Shown piece after piece: positions 1 through 6,829 of a DNA stretch of 18,324 nt. Position numbers and translations under genes: made by a program. Source of the stretch: Candidatus Iainarchaeum sp. (GTDB taxonomy: Archaea > Iainarchaeota > Iainarchaeia > Iainarchaeales > GCA-2688035); NCBI GenBank assembly GCA_028713935.1, contig JAQTNI010000028.1, positions 1 to 18,324 on the forward strand, given 5' to 3'. Position 1 is the first letter of the stretch. Each line of letters opens with the position of its first letter. Under the pieces are notes generated by a model. It saw nothing but the letters and a program-made list of their open reading frames with translations, was not told the origin of the DNA and made no database searches.

Positions 1-182
1 CTTAGCGCATATTTTCCTGGTGTTGTTATTCCCTTGTATTTTGCAATTTCACTTTTTTCAGGGTCTATTATCATCACATAGCCCTGCCAGAAAGTTGTGA
101 ATGCAGTGCCCTTGCATACAGGGCATTCTTTTGAGTCTTCAACGACTAATTTGCAGTTTCTGCAAGCTTTTTCTTTAGCCAT
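1..182 (-). CDS. spt4: Transcription elongation factor Spt4 / RNAP subunit E'' (3' end runs off the window)
   Basis: Not in the ORF track because there is no in-window stop. Reverse-strand ATG at 182..180 gives MAKEKACRNCKLVVEDSKECPVCKGTAFTTFWQGYVMIIDPEKSEIAKYKGITTPGKYAL... This has a CxxC...CxxC zinc ribbon plus an IIDPEKSEIAK-type motif typical of archaeal Spt4. It lies directly downstream of rpo7, as in the conserved pair. Confidence 0.8.
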   Translation of the reverse strand, partial: MAKEKACRNCKLVVEDSKECPVCKGTAFTTFWQGYVMIIDPEKSEIAKYKGITTPGKYAL

Positions 183-203
183 TCTAATCCCTTTTTTCCT
201 TCC

Positions 204-833
204 TTATTTTTTGTCCTTTGTTTCTTTTGGCATTTTTATCCTGCCTTTGTCGGAGCCTTTTTCTTTTGGCTTTGTTTTTTCCCTTCTGGGGCTTTCTACT
301 GCCACTCTTTGCCATTCTTCTTTTCCAAGGAAAGGCTGCCTCATTGTCAGGCCGATTTTTGAATTCTGGATATTGCCTTTCAGTGAAATTGTGACTATGC
401 GTGCCAATACTTCATCGTTTGCCCCTAGCTTTACTTTTGTTTTTTTGCCTGTAAAGCCGGGAAGTTTTGCATCATACGTGATATAATCGTCTATTATCTG
501 GCTTACATGGACAAGGCCGTCAATTGGGCTGAACCTTACAAATGCGCCGAATTCCGTTACTTCTGAAACAAACCCTTCAACAAGCTCGTGCATCAATGGC
601 TTGAAGACAAGCATTTCCAGTTCTGTTTCAAAGTATGCTGCCCCGTCGCCTGGAACAATTTTTCCTTTTCCAATGTTGCCTGCTGAAATTATTGCCACAA
701 CAAGGCCGAGGTCTTCGTCAATCAGGCCTTCGTATTCCTGCTGCACTATTTTCAATATTGTTGAATCAAGTTTTTCGCCGAATTCTTTCGGGGGAACCCT
801 GACTTTTTCGTTTATTTTTACCAAATAATACAT
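204..833 (-). CDS. rpo7: DNA-directed RNA polymerase subunit Rpo7 (E'), S1 domain, with basic C-terminal tail
   Basis: 209 aa. The N-terminus MYYLVKINEKVRVPPKEFG and the S1 fold segment GFVSEVTEFGAFVRFSPIDGLVHVSQI are typical of RpoE'. ATG at 833 is preceded by GGGTGAGTAAA. The last ~30 aa are Lys-rich (REKTKPKEKGSDKGRIKMPKETKDKK). Confidence 0.9.
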   Translation of the reverse strand: MYYLVKINEKVRVPPKEFGEKLDSTILKIVQQEYEGLIDEDLGLVVAIISAGNIGKGKIVPGDGAAYFETELEMLVFKPLMHELVEGFVSEVTEFGAFVRFSPIDGLVHVSQIIDDYITYDAKLPGFTGKKTKVKLGANDEVLARIVTISLKGNIQNSKIGLTMRQPFLGKEEWQRVAVESPRREKTKPKEKGSDKGRIKMPKETKDKK

Positions 834-875
834 TTACTCACCCTGCCGTCAAAAACACAATTTTTTTTTACAAAC

Positions 876-1271
876 TTATTCAAATGCAATAAACTGCTTT
901 TTTTTCAAGAATATATGGCTGCCAAACACTTTTATTTTTTTTCTAAGCGCCTTGTCATTGGTTGCTATTATTATTCCTTTTGCAGCCAGTTTTTCAAGGC
1001 ATTCGTCTGCATTCTGCGCTTCTATATTTACCTCCTGCACATTGTTTTTTTTGATTATTTCCAATGCCAATTCAATGTTTTTTTTCATTGCCTTGTTTTT
1101 TTTGGAAAGCTTTTCCAGCTCTTCAATGCTTTTTTTTGTAACAACAAAAACTGTTTTGCTTCCAAACAGGTTTTTTGCCTGTGTAAAAAAATCTATCCTG
1201 AACTGGACAATTGCCAGAATCATGTTAGTGTCCAATGCAACAATCTTATTTTTCGGGTGTTGCGTAGCCAA
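876..1271 (-). CDS. PIN-domain protein, Fcf1/Utp24-like (COG1412-type)
   Basis: 131 aa with acidic PIN residues in the contexts LDTN, NADE and TNDKAL. It occupies the conserved archaeal position between aIF2-gamma and rpoE'. The start is TTG at 1271..1269, preceded by GGAGG (1280..1276). It overlaps the aIF2-gamma 3' end by 26 nt. Confidence 0.75.
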   Translation of the reverse strand: MATQHPKNKIVALDTNMILAIVQFRIDFFTQAKNLFGSKTVFVVTKKSIEELEKLSKKNKAMKKNIELALEIIKKNNVQEVNIEAQNADECLEKLAAKGIIIATNDKALRKKIKVFGSHIFLKKKQFIAFE

Positions 1272-2541
1272 TCAGCCTCCATCTGCCGCCTTCTTTCCTG
1301 CTGACCGCAATTTTTCCGCCTTCTTCAATTACTGCGGGAGTTTTCAGGTCAATTTCAAGCACTCCGCCTTTTTCCTTTATCATTGTTCCGAGCGCAGTCA
1401 TTGCCCCTATTGTAAGCACCAATACATCGTTTGTCCTGATTTTTTTGTCAATGTTTGCGGCTACTCTTTCAATAAAAGTCATTTTTAAAAAAAGCTTTTT
1501 TGCCGGCAATGGCATTAAATCAGGCCGTGCAATTACCTGGCCCCGCATCCTGTCGTTTTGTGTAAGGCTTGGGTCGAGCATTGTGCCAATTCCTATTAGG
1601 CCGCCTGGTTTTGCATCTGTGAGCTTTCCTGCTGCACAACTGAGGCTTTTCACTGTTGTCTGCATGAGCTTTCCGTCAATTCCAGGCGTGATTTCAATTT
1701 TGTCGCCTATTTTTATTGTGCCCTGGATTATTGAGCCTCCAAGCACGCCTCCTTTTAACTCTTTTATTTCTGAGCCTGGCTTGTTTATGTCAAAGCTCCT
1801 GATGCAGTATGCCTTCAATGGCTTTTCTGTTTCAAATTTTGGGGTTGGAATTATTTTTTCAATCATTTCAATCAGCAAATCAATGTTTATGCCAAGATGC
1901 GCTGCAACAGGGACAATTGGCGCGTTTTCAAATCCCTGTGATTTCAGGAATTCTTTTATTTGCTTTTCGTTTTCCAGTGCCTGTTTTTTGTCAACAAGGT
2001 CAATCTTGTTTTGTGCAACAACAATGTTTTTTATGCCTGCAATTTTTAATGCCACAAGGTGCTCTGTTGTCTGTGGCTGTGGGCATTTTTCGTTTGCAGC
2101 AATTACAAGAAGGGCTCCCTGCATAAGCGCTGCTCCACTAAGCATTGTTGTAAGCAAAGTTTCATGGCCAGGCGCATCAACAAAGCTCACTGTCCTTAGC
2201 TTTTCTGTTTTTGAATTGCATGACTTGCAAACAGGCTTTGCGGTATAGGCTTCGCTGCTCCTGCAGTTTGGGCATTTGTAAAAGGTTGTGTCCGCATATC
2301 CCAGCCTTATTGAAATTCCCCTTTTCAGCTCTTCACTGTGGGTTTCAGTCCATTTTCCAGTAAGGGCCTGTGTAAGCGAGGTTTTTCCATGGTCAACATG
2401 CCCTACCATTCCAATGTTTACAACTGCCTGTTCTGCCCGGGCCGCATTGCCTGTTGTTTCTTTTTTTGCTGTTTTTTCCGCAGCAGGCATTGCTTTCGCT
2501 GTTTTTTTTTCTTTTGCCGCAGGTGTTTTTTTTTCAGACAA
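1246..2541 (-). CDS. eif2g: Translation initiation factor aIF2 subunit gamma
   Basis: 431 aa. It has the GTPase G1 motif GHVDHGKT, DAPGH, NKID, and a zinc knuckle CPNC...CKSC. The start is TTG at 2541 with AGAGGA 7 nt upstream. An alternative internal ATG lies at 2490. Confidence 0.93.
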   Translation of the reverse strand: MSEKKTPAAKEKKTAKAMPAAEKTAKKETTGNAARAEQAVVNIGMVGHVDHGKTSLTQALTGKWTETHSEELKRGISIRLGYADTTFYKCPNCRSSEAYTAKPVCKSCNSKTEKLRTVSFVDAPGHETLLTTMLSGAALMQGALLVIAANEKCPQPQTTEHLVALKIAGIKNIVVAQNKIDLVDKKQALENEKQIKEFLKSQGFENAPIVPVAAHLGINIDLLIEMIEKIIPTPKFETEKPLKAYCIRSFDINKPGSEIKELKGGVLGGSIIQGTIKIGDKIEITPGIDGKLMQTTVKSLSCAAGKLTDAKPGGLIGIGTMLDPSLTQNDRMRGQVIARPDLMPLPAKKLFLKMTFIERVAANIDKKIRTNDVLVLTIGAMTALGTMIKEKGGVLEIDLKTPAVIEEGGKIAVSRKEGGRWRLIGYATPEK

Positions 2542-2559
2542 GTTTTTTCCTCTTTTTAT

Positions 2560-3045
2560 TTATCTTCTTGATTTTGGCTTTATTTTAAGCGCTTCCTGTG
2601 CAAGCTCTGTGTTTCCCACATTTTCCAGGGATTGTTTTACCATTTGTTCCTTTATGGATTCTTTTTTCTCTTCTACTTTTTGTTTTGGGATTAATTGTTC
2701 AAAAGCCTGCATTTCCCCTGCCTGTGTAATTACAAGGTTTAACTGTTGTGTTTCAGTGCTGACAACATTGCCCCTTATGTTCTTTTTTTTCATCTGCCCT
2801 TTTACTGTTGCCCTGAAGCCTGTGCCTTTTTTGAGCAATGTTTTTTTTCTTGCAGTGCCATGCATGCTTGGCTTCATTGGAAAGCCCTGCTTGTCGCTGC
2901 CCCCAGTAATTTTTGCCTTGAATCCTGCCAATCCAAGAGTGTCAAGGCTTACTTCTTCGCCTATTCTCCTGTTGAGAAAAACAGGTTCCTCTGTTTTTTT
3001 GTTTGCGCTTCTCCCGCTTTTTGGTTCTGCAATTACAATATTCAT
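2560..3045 (-). CDS. rps6e: 30S ribosomal protein S6e
   Basis: 161 aa. The motif ITGGSDKQGFPMKPSMHG and the basic core match S6e. ATG at 3045 is preceded by AAAGGGGCGATTGA. Confidence 0.9.
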   Translation of the reverse strand: MNIVIAEPKSGRSANKKTEEPVFLNRRIGEEVSLDTLGLAGFKAKITGGSDKQGFPMKPSMHGTARKKTLLKKGTGFRATVKGQMKKKNIRGNVVSTETQQLNLVITQAGEMQAFEQLIPKQKVEEKKESIKEQMVKQSLENVGNTELAQEALKIKPKSRR

Positions 3046-3064
3046 TCAATCGCCCCTTTCTCCC

Positions 3065-3122
3065 CTTTTCTTTCTTTTTTTAAAAAGAAAGAAAAGTGTA
3101 AGTTTCCGAAAAGAAAGAAAAA
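3065..3122. repeat. Repeat family copy 1: perfect 15-bp Y/R hairpin plus mirror third arm
   Basis: CTTTTCTTTCTTTTT (3065..3079), tt, then AAAAAGAAAGAAAAG (3082..3096). An 11-nt spacer is followed by GAAAAGAAAGAAAAA (3108..3122), the exact mirror image of the right arm. It lies in the infB/rps6e spacer. Confidence 0.8.
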
Positions 3123-3148
3123 TTCCTTTCGTGCAATTATCCAATTTT

Positions 3149-4918
3149 TTAAGACACCATTCCTTTTGATTTTTCTTTTTGAGATTCCAATTTTTTTATA
3201 ACCTCAACCAATTCAAGCTCTTCGCTTGAAAGAAAACCGCTTAATTTGTCAAGCTCCAAAAAATTTTTTTTTGGCATAAAGGTCAGCAATTCTTCTCCGG
3301 GCGCAAGGTTCCTGCCTATTACAGCGCCTTTCACTGAAACAGCGACTTCCTGGCTTTTTTTTGCTTCTTTTACAGACTCATTCTGCGATTGTATTGCCTC
3401 CAGCTTTCCAATAATTGCGCCTTTTTCGTTCATTATTTCAATGCCTGGCCTGATACAGCCCTGCAGGATTTTAATTCCAAAAATTGCAGGATCGCTGTTC
3501 CTGAAAACAAAGCCCCTCATAAAAACCATTCTTGCAGGCAAAACAACGCATTCAAGTGTTTTTTTCCTTTCCGCTTCCTTCATTTCAGAAATCCATTTTT
3601 GGTAATCGTCAATAACCTTGTAAATCACGTTTCCCGAAAAAATTTTTATTTCCCTTTTTTTTGCCTCTTCTTCTGCGCCTGGCTCTATTCCAACATTGAA
3701 TGCAAATACAATTGCCTCAAAAGGCTTTTTTTCCTTTACTGCAAGGGCCTCCATTATGTCCCTTCTTGTGACATCGCCAACATCCGCAATTTTCGGCTTC
3801 AGGCCCTGTTTTCCAATCAGCAGCACCATTGCTTCAAGCGCACCAAGAGTATCTGCTTTCAGGACAACTCCTTCTGCCTGTGTCTCAATTTTCACTTCTG
3901 CAATTTCTTCTTCAATCATTTTTGCTTCGTTGCCGGTTTTAACTGCCAAAAGTGGAGCGCCTGCAAGCGCATCTGCAAGGTCAGGCGCTGCAATTTTCAC
4001 TCCTGCTGCTGCATGGACTTCTTTTACTGAAACAAATTTTTCCGCTGTCTGCCCTATCTGTTCCATTGCAGGCGGTTTCAGCAATGCCCTTATTTTTGTT
4101 TCAATCACGCTGTGCTTTCCGCCAAGCGCAATTTTGTCGTTCACTTTCAGCATTCCATCATAAAGAATAATGTCAATTGTTTTTCCAAGCCCGCGCTCTT
4201 CTTTCACTTCAAGGATGGTTCCCTTCCCTGGAATGTTCTCGTCAATTGTAAGCTGGCTTTTCAGGAATTTCTGGCTTAATCCTGCAAGAAGCATTAGCAC
4301 TTCCGGCAGGCCTTCGCCTGTTTTTGCGCATGCAGGCACTATTGGAATTTGTTTTGTGAAATCATTGCACCTGTCAAATCTTTCTGATTGAAGGCCGTGC
4401 TCAAACAGCTTTCCAACCAGCGCATAAATTTTTTCGTCAAGAAGTTTTTTTGCCCTTTCTTCCTGATTCTCTATGTTTTTTGAAAATTCCTCGTTTTTTG
4501 ATTCATATCCCTGGATAAGGTCAATTTTGTTTGCCGCAACTATGAACGGAACCTTGAAGCCGCGCAAAATTTCGAGTGCCTCAAATGTTTGCTGCTGCAT
4601 TCCCTGGTTAATGTCAACTACAAGCACGCTCATGTCAGCAATGCTTCCCCCGCGTTTCCTCAAATTTGAAAATGCCTCATGCCCAGGAGTGTCAATGAAG
4701 AGCAGGCCTGGAATTTCAATTTTAAAGCCGAATTTTCTTATTAAGTTTCCGGAAATTTTTTCAATTGCGCTCATTGGCACTTCTGTTGCGCCTATGTGCT
4801 GCGTTATTGCGCCGGCTTCTTTTTCAACAATTGCGCTTCCCCTTATCATGTCCAAAAATTTTGTTTTTCCATGGTCAACATGCCCAAGCACAGTCACAAT
4901 TGGTTGCCGTATTGCCAT
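3149..4918 (-). CDS. infB: Translation initiation factor aIF5B (IF-2)
   Basis: The N-terminus RQPIVTVLGHVDHGKTKFLDMIRG, DTPGHEAF and NKID fit a ~590 aa aIF5B architecture. The ORF-track GTG at 4924 lies inside the SD AGGTG (4928..4924). The real start is probably ATG 4918..4916, 5 nt downstream. Confidence 0.93.
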   Translation of the reverse strand: MAIRQPIVTVLGHVDHGKTKFLDMIRGSAIVEKEAGAITQHIGATEVPMSAIEKISGNLIRKFGFKIEIPGLLFIDTPGHEAFSNLRKRGGSIADMSVLVVDINQGMQQQTFEALEILRGFKVPFIVAANKIDLIQGYESKNEEFSKNIENQEERAKKLLDEKIYALVGKLFEHGLQSERFDRCNDFTKQIPIVPACAKTGEGLPEVLMLLAGLSQKFLKSQLTIDENIPGKGTILEVKEERGLGKTIDIILYDGMLKVNDKIALGGKHSVIETKIRALLKPPAMEQIGQTAEKFVSVKEVHAAAGVKIAAPDLADALAGAPLLAVKTGNEAKMIEEEIAEVKIETQAEGVVLKADTLGALEAMVLLIGKQGLKPKIADVGDVTRRDIMEALAVKEKKPFEAIVFAFNVGIEPGAEEEAKKREIKIFSGNVIYKVIDDYQKWISEMKEAERKKTLECVVLPARMVFMRGFVFRNSDPAIFGIKILQGCIRPGIEIMNEKGAIIGKLEAIQSQNESVKEAKKSQEVAVSVKGAVIGRNLAPGEELLTFMPKKNFLELDKLSGFLSSEELELVEVIKKLESQKEKSKGMVS

Positions 4919-4927
4919 TTTCACACC

Positions 4928-5371
4928 TTAATCCAATCCTGTTGAGCCAAAACCGTTTTTTCCCCTTTTTGTTTCATCAAGGCTTTCACTGATTTCAAAT
5001 TCCGGCTTTTCAATTTTTTGGAAAACCATTTGGCAAATTTTTTTGCCTTTCTCAACAACAAAATCTTTTTTGCCGTGATTGACAAGAATAACGCAGATTT
5101 CTCCCCTGTAGCCGGAATCAATTGTGCCGGGAGAATTCACAATGCCAATTCCCGAATTCAAGGCAAGCCCGCTTTTCGGCCTTACCTGCGCCTCAAATCC
5201 CTCTGGAAAAGAAATTGCAAGGCCAGTTTTCACAAGCCGTATTTCGCCAGGCATTATTGTGCAGGATTCAACAGAATAAAGGTCGACTCCGCTGTCTCCC
5301 GAATGCTCTAATTTTGGAATTCTTGCCTCTGGGCACAATTTTTTTACCCGAACCTTCAACAAAAACAACAC
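4928..5371 (-). CDS. dut: dUTP diphosphatase (trimeric dUTPase)
   Basis: Motifs SGDSGVDLYS, NSPGTIDSGYRGEI and the C-terminal RGKNGFGSTG are the classic trimeric Dut motifs. The start is uncertain, with GTG 5371, TTG 5368, TTG 5362 and TTG 5359 all in frame. A GGTG at 5372..5369 favours TTG 5362. Confidence 0.85.
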   Translation of the reverse strand: MLFLLKVRVKKLCPEARIPKLEHSGDSGVDLYSVESCTIMPGEIRLVKTGLAISFPEGFEAQVRPKSGLALNSGIGIVNSPGTIDSGYRGEICVILVNHGKKDFVVEKGKKICQMVFQKIEKPEFEISESLDETKRGKNGFGSTGLD

Positions 5372-5382
5372 CGTTTCCAGGA

Positions 5383-5853
5383 TTATTTCAGTTCCTTTTC
5401 TCCCTTTGAATAAATCCAGTCAAAATTCATTTTTTTGTATTCATGAATTTCCTCTGGCCTGAAAAACCTTTCAATTTCTTTCTGCGCTGTTTCAGTGCTG
5501 TCAGATGCATGAATAAGGTTTGACTGGTTGCTGACACTAAAATCTCCCCTGATTGTTCCTGGGCCAGCTTCCCTCCCCTGTGTTGGGCCAATCATTTTCC
5601 TTACAACTTCAATGGCCTGTTTTCCTTCAACCACAATAAGAATGCTTGGAATGCTTGACATGTATTTTATGAGCTCCTCATAGAAAGGCTTTTCTTTCAG
5701 GTGCGCATAATGGTCCTTCAATTTGTAGGGCTGCAGTGTCTCCATTTTCATTGCAGCAATTTTCAGGCCTTTTTCCTCAAACCTGGAAAGTATTCTCCCG
5801 ATAAGGTCGCGGTTCACAGCATCAGGCTTTATTATTACAAGGCTTTTTTCCAT
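5383..5853 (-). CDS. ndk: Nucleoside diphosphate kinase
   Basis: 156 aa. The N-terminus SLVIIKPDAVNR, GPTQGREAGPGTIRGDF and NLIHASDS (catalytic His) match Ndk. ATG 5853 is preceded by AGGTGA plus 7 nt. Confidence 0.95.
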   Translation of the reverse strand: MEKSLVIIKPDAVNRDLIGRILSRFEEKGLKIAAMKMETLQPYKLKDHYAHLKEKPFYEELIKYMSSIPSILIVVEGKQAIEVVRKMIGPTQGREAGPGTIRGDFSVSNQSNLIHASDSTETAQKEIERFFRPEEIHEYKKMNFDWIYSKGEKELK

Positions 5854-5860
5854 AACAAAA

Positions 5861-6040
5861 TCACCTTTTACCAGTTTTCTTATTGCTTGACCATTTTTTG
5901 TTTGCAGGGTTTCTCTTCAGCTTTAACAGGTTCATCCTGCATTTTCTTGAACAAAAGAAAAGCACTGTGCCTTCCTTTTTCACGAACATCAGGCCTGTTC
6001 CCGGCTTCAGTTCCTTTGAACAAAAACTGCAATTAACCAT
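5861..6040 (-). CDS. rpl24e: 50S ribosomal protein L24e
   Basis: MVNCSFCSKELKPGTGLMFVKKEGTVLFFCSRKC is the L24e zinc-ribbon signature. The ORF-track GTG (6049) is part of the SD AGGTG (6051..6047). ATG 6040 follows after 6 nt. Confidence 0.9.
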   Translation of the reverse strand: MVNCSFCSKELKPGTGLMFVKKEGTVLFFCSRKCRMNLLKLKRNPANKKWSSNKKTGKR

Positions 6041-6108
6041 TTTTTTCACCTTTTTTGAGAATTAATATTTCATTTTTGCGCAACAAAAATGTTCTTTTCC
6101 CCAGGCTT

Positions 6109-6315
6109 TTATCTCGCCTTGATTTCCTTGGCTTCCCTTTCAGTGCTCAAAAGCACAACTACGTCGCCTTTCTGCACATTGCCCTTGACATTCCGCCTTT
6201 TTACCCTGCCTTTTTCAGGCCCGTCAAGGATTCTGCACATTATCTGGACAATTTCGCCATGGACCCCTGTCCTTTTCATTACTTCAACTACTTCAGCTGG
6301 AGTTCCCATTTCCAT
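6109..6315 (-). CDS. rps28e: 30S ribosomal protein S28e
   Basis: [59 protein letters not shown] matches S28e. The ORF-track GTG (6324) is inside the SD AGGTG (6326..6322). ATG 6315 follows after 6 nt. Confidence 0.9.
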   Translation of the reverse strand: MEMGTPAEVVEVMKRTGVHGEIVQIMCRILDGPEKGRVKRRNVKGNVQKGDVVVLLSTEREAKEIKAR

Positions 6316-6330
6316 CAAACACACCTTTGG

Positions 6331-6693
6331 TTATTTTTTCAATTCAGAGATTGCATTGGCAATTTCAGAGAGCTCTTTTTTCAGGTCTCCCTCGTCAACA
6401 ATTGCAACTGCGGCTGTCCCGACTGCAATTCCCGCTTTTTCGCCGAGTTCTTTTTTTGTTTTCACAAAACTGTAGGGGATTTTTTTTTCGTCACAAATCA
6501 AAGGAATGTGCATTACCACTTCTGCCGGATTTACATCCTCTGCTATGAGAACGAATTTTGCGTCTCCCCTTTCAACAGCCTTTGTGACTTCATTCACGCC
6601 AATCCTTACCTTGCCCTTTTTCTTGATTTTTTCAAGCAAAGAAAGTTGCTGCTGTGCGATTTTTTCTGGAACTGAAAATTTTGCTAGCGCCAT
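6331..6693 (-). CDS. rpl7ae: 50S ribosomal protein L7Ae (k-turn binding protein)
   Basis: GVNEVTKAVERGDAKFVLIAEDVNPAEVVMHIPLICDEKKIPYSFV matches the L7Ae/L30e fold. GGAGGT at 6706..6701 sits 7 nt upstream of ATG 6693, so the ATG at 6708 in the ORF track overlaps the SD and is unlikely to be used. Confidence 0.9.
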   Translation of the reverse strand: MALAKFSVPEKIAQQQLSLLEKIKKKGKVRIGVNEVTKAVERGDAKFVLIAEDVNPAEVVMHIPLICDEKKIPYSFVKTKKELGEKAGIAVGTAAVAIVDEGDLKKELSEIANAISELKK

Positions 6694-6708
6694 TACAAGC
6701 ACCTCCAT

Positions 6709-6738
6709 AAGCGCTTACTGCCTGTTAAGGCAGCGCTT
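6709..6738 (-). promoter_or_regulatory. Leader hairpin with asymmetric 4-nt bulge, abutting the rpl7ae Shine-Dalgarno
   Basis: The minus-strand RNA reads AAGCG-CUGCC-UUAACA-GGCAG-UAAG-CGCUU. It is followed after 2 nt by GGAGGU and then the rpl7ae ATG. Confidence 0.45.
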
Positions 6739-6767
6739 CATTTTTCATAGGTGAAAAACAAGCAATT

Positions 6768-6775
6768 TATTTAAA
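6768..6775 (-). promoter_or_regulatory. TATA box candidate (TTTAAATA) for the rpl7ae-rps28e-rpl24e-ndk... unit
   Basis: An exact TTTAAATA on the minus strand lies in the only long AT-rich spacer upstream of rpl7ae. The predicted TSS is near 6745, giving a ~50-nt leader that contains the hairpin. Confidence 0.4.
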
Positions 6776-6829
6776 TTATGTAGAACAAAACATTTATTGT
6801 ATATAATAAATTAAGAATTGAGAATGTTT

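Noticed and set aside
876-1271. PIN-domain gene as a VapC toxin of a toxin-antitoxin module.
   Set aside because: No small antitoxin ORF lies upstream, since it overlaps aIF2-gamma instead. The gene occupies the conserved aIF2g-PIN-rpoE' position of the Fcf1/Utp24-like rRNA-processing PIN family.
2288-3169. Long plus-strand ORFs throughout the window. Examples are 2288-3169 (293 aa), 11690-12520 (276 aa), 1445-2248 (267 aa), 6055-6675 and 6894-7424.
   Set aside because: All are antisense to confidently identified, conserved minus-strand genes. Their translations are F/S/L/C-rich low complexity with no recognisable motifs. They arise because the plus strand is T-rich and therefore poor in stop codons.
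6709-6738. Canonical k-turn (L7Ae autoregulatory site) in the rpl7ae leader.
   Set aside because: The helix-bulge-helix layout is present. The nucleotides flanking the bulge would give G.G and C.C oppositions rather than the tandem G.A/A.G pairs that define a k-turn. It is kept only as a generic leader hairpin.
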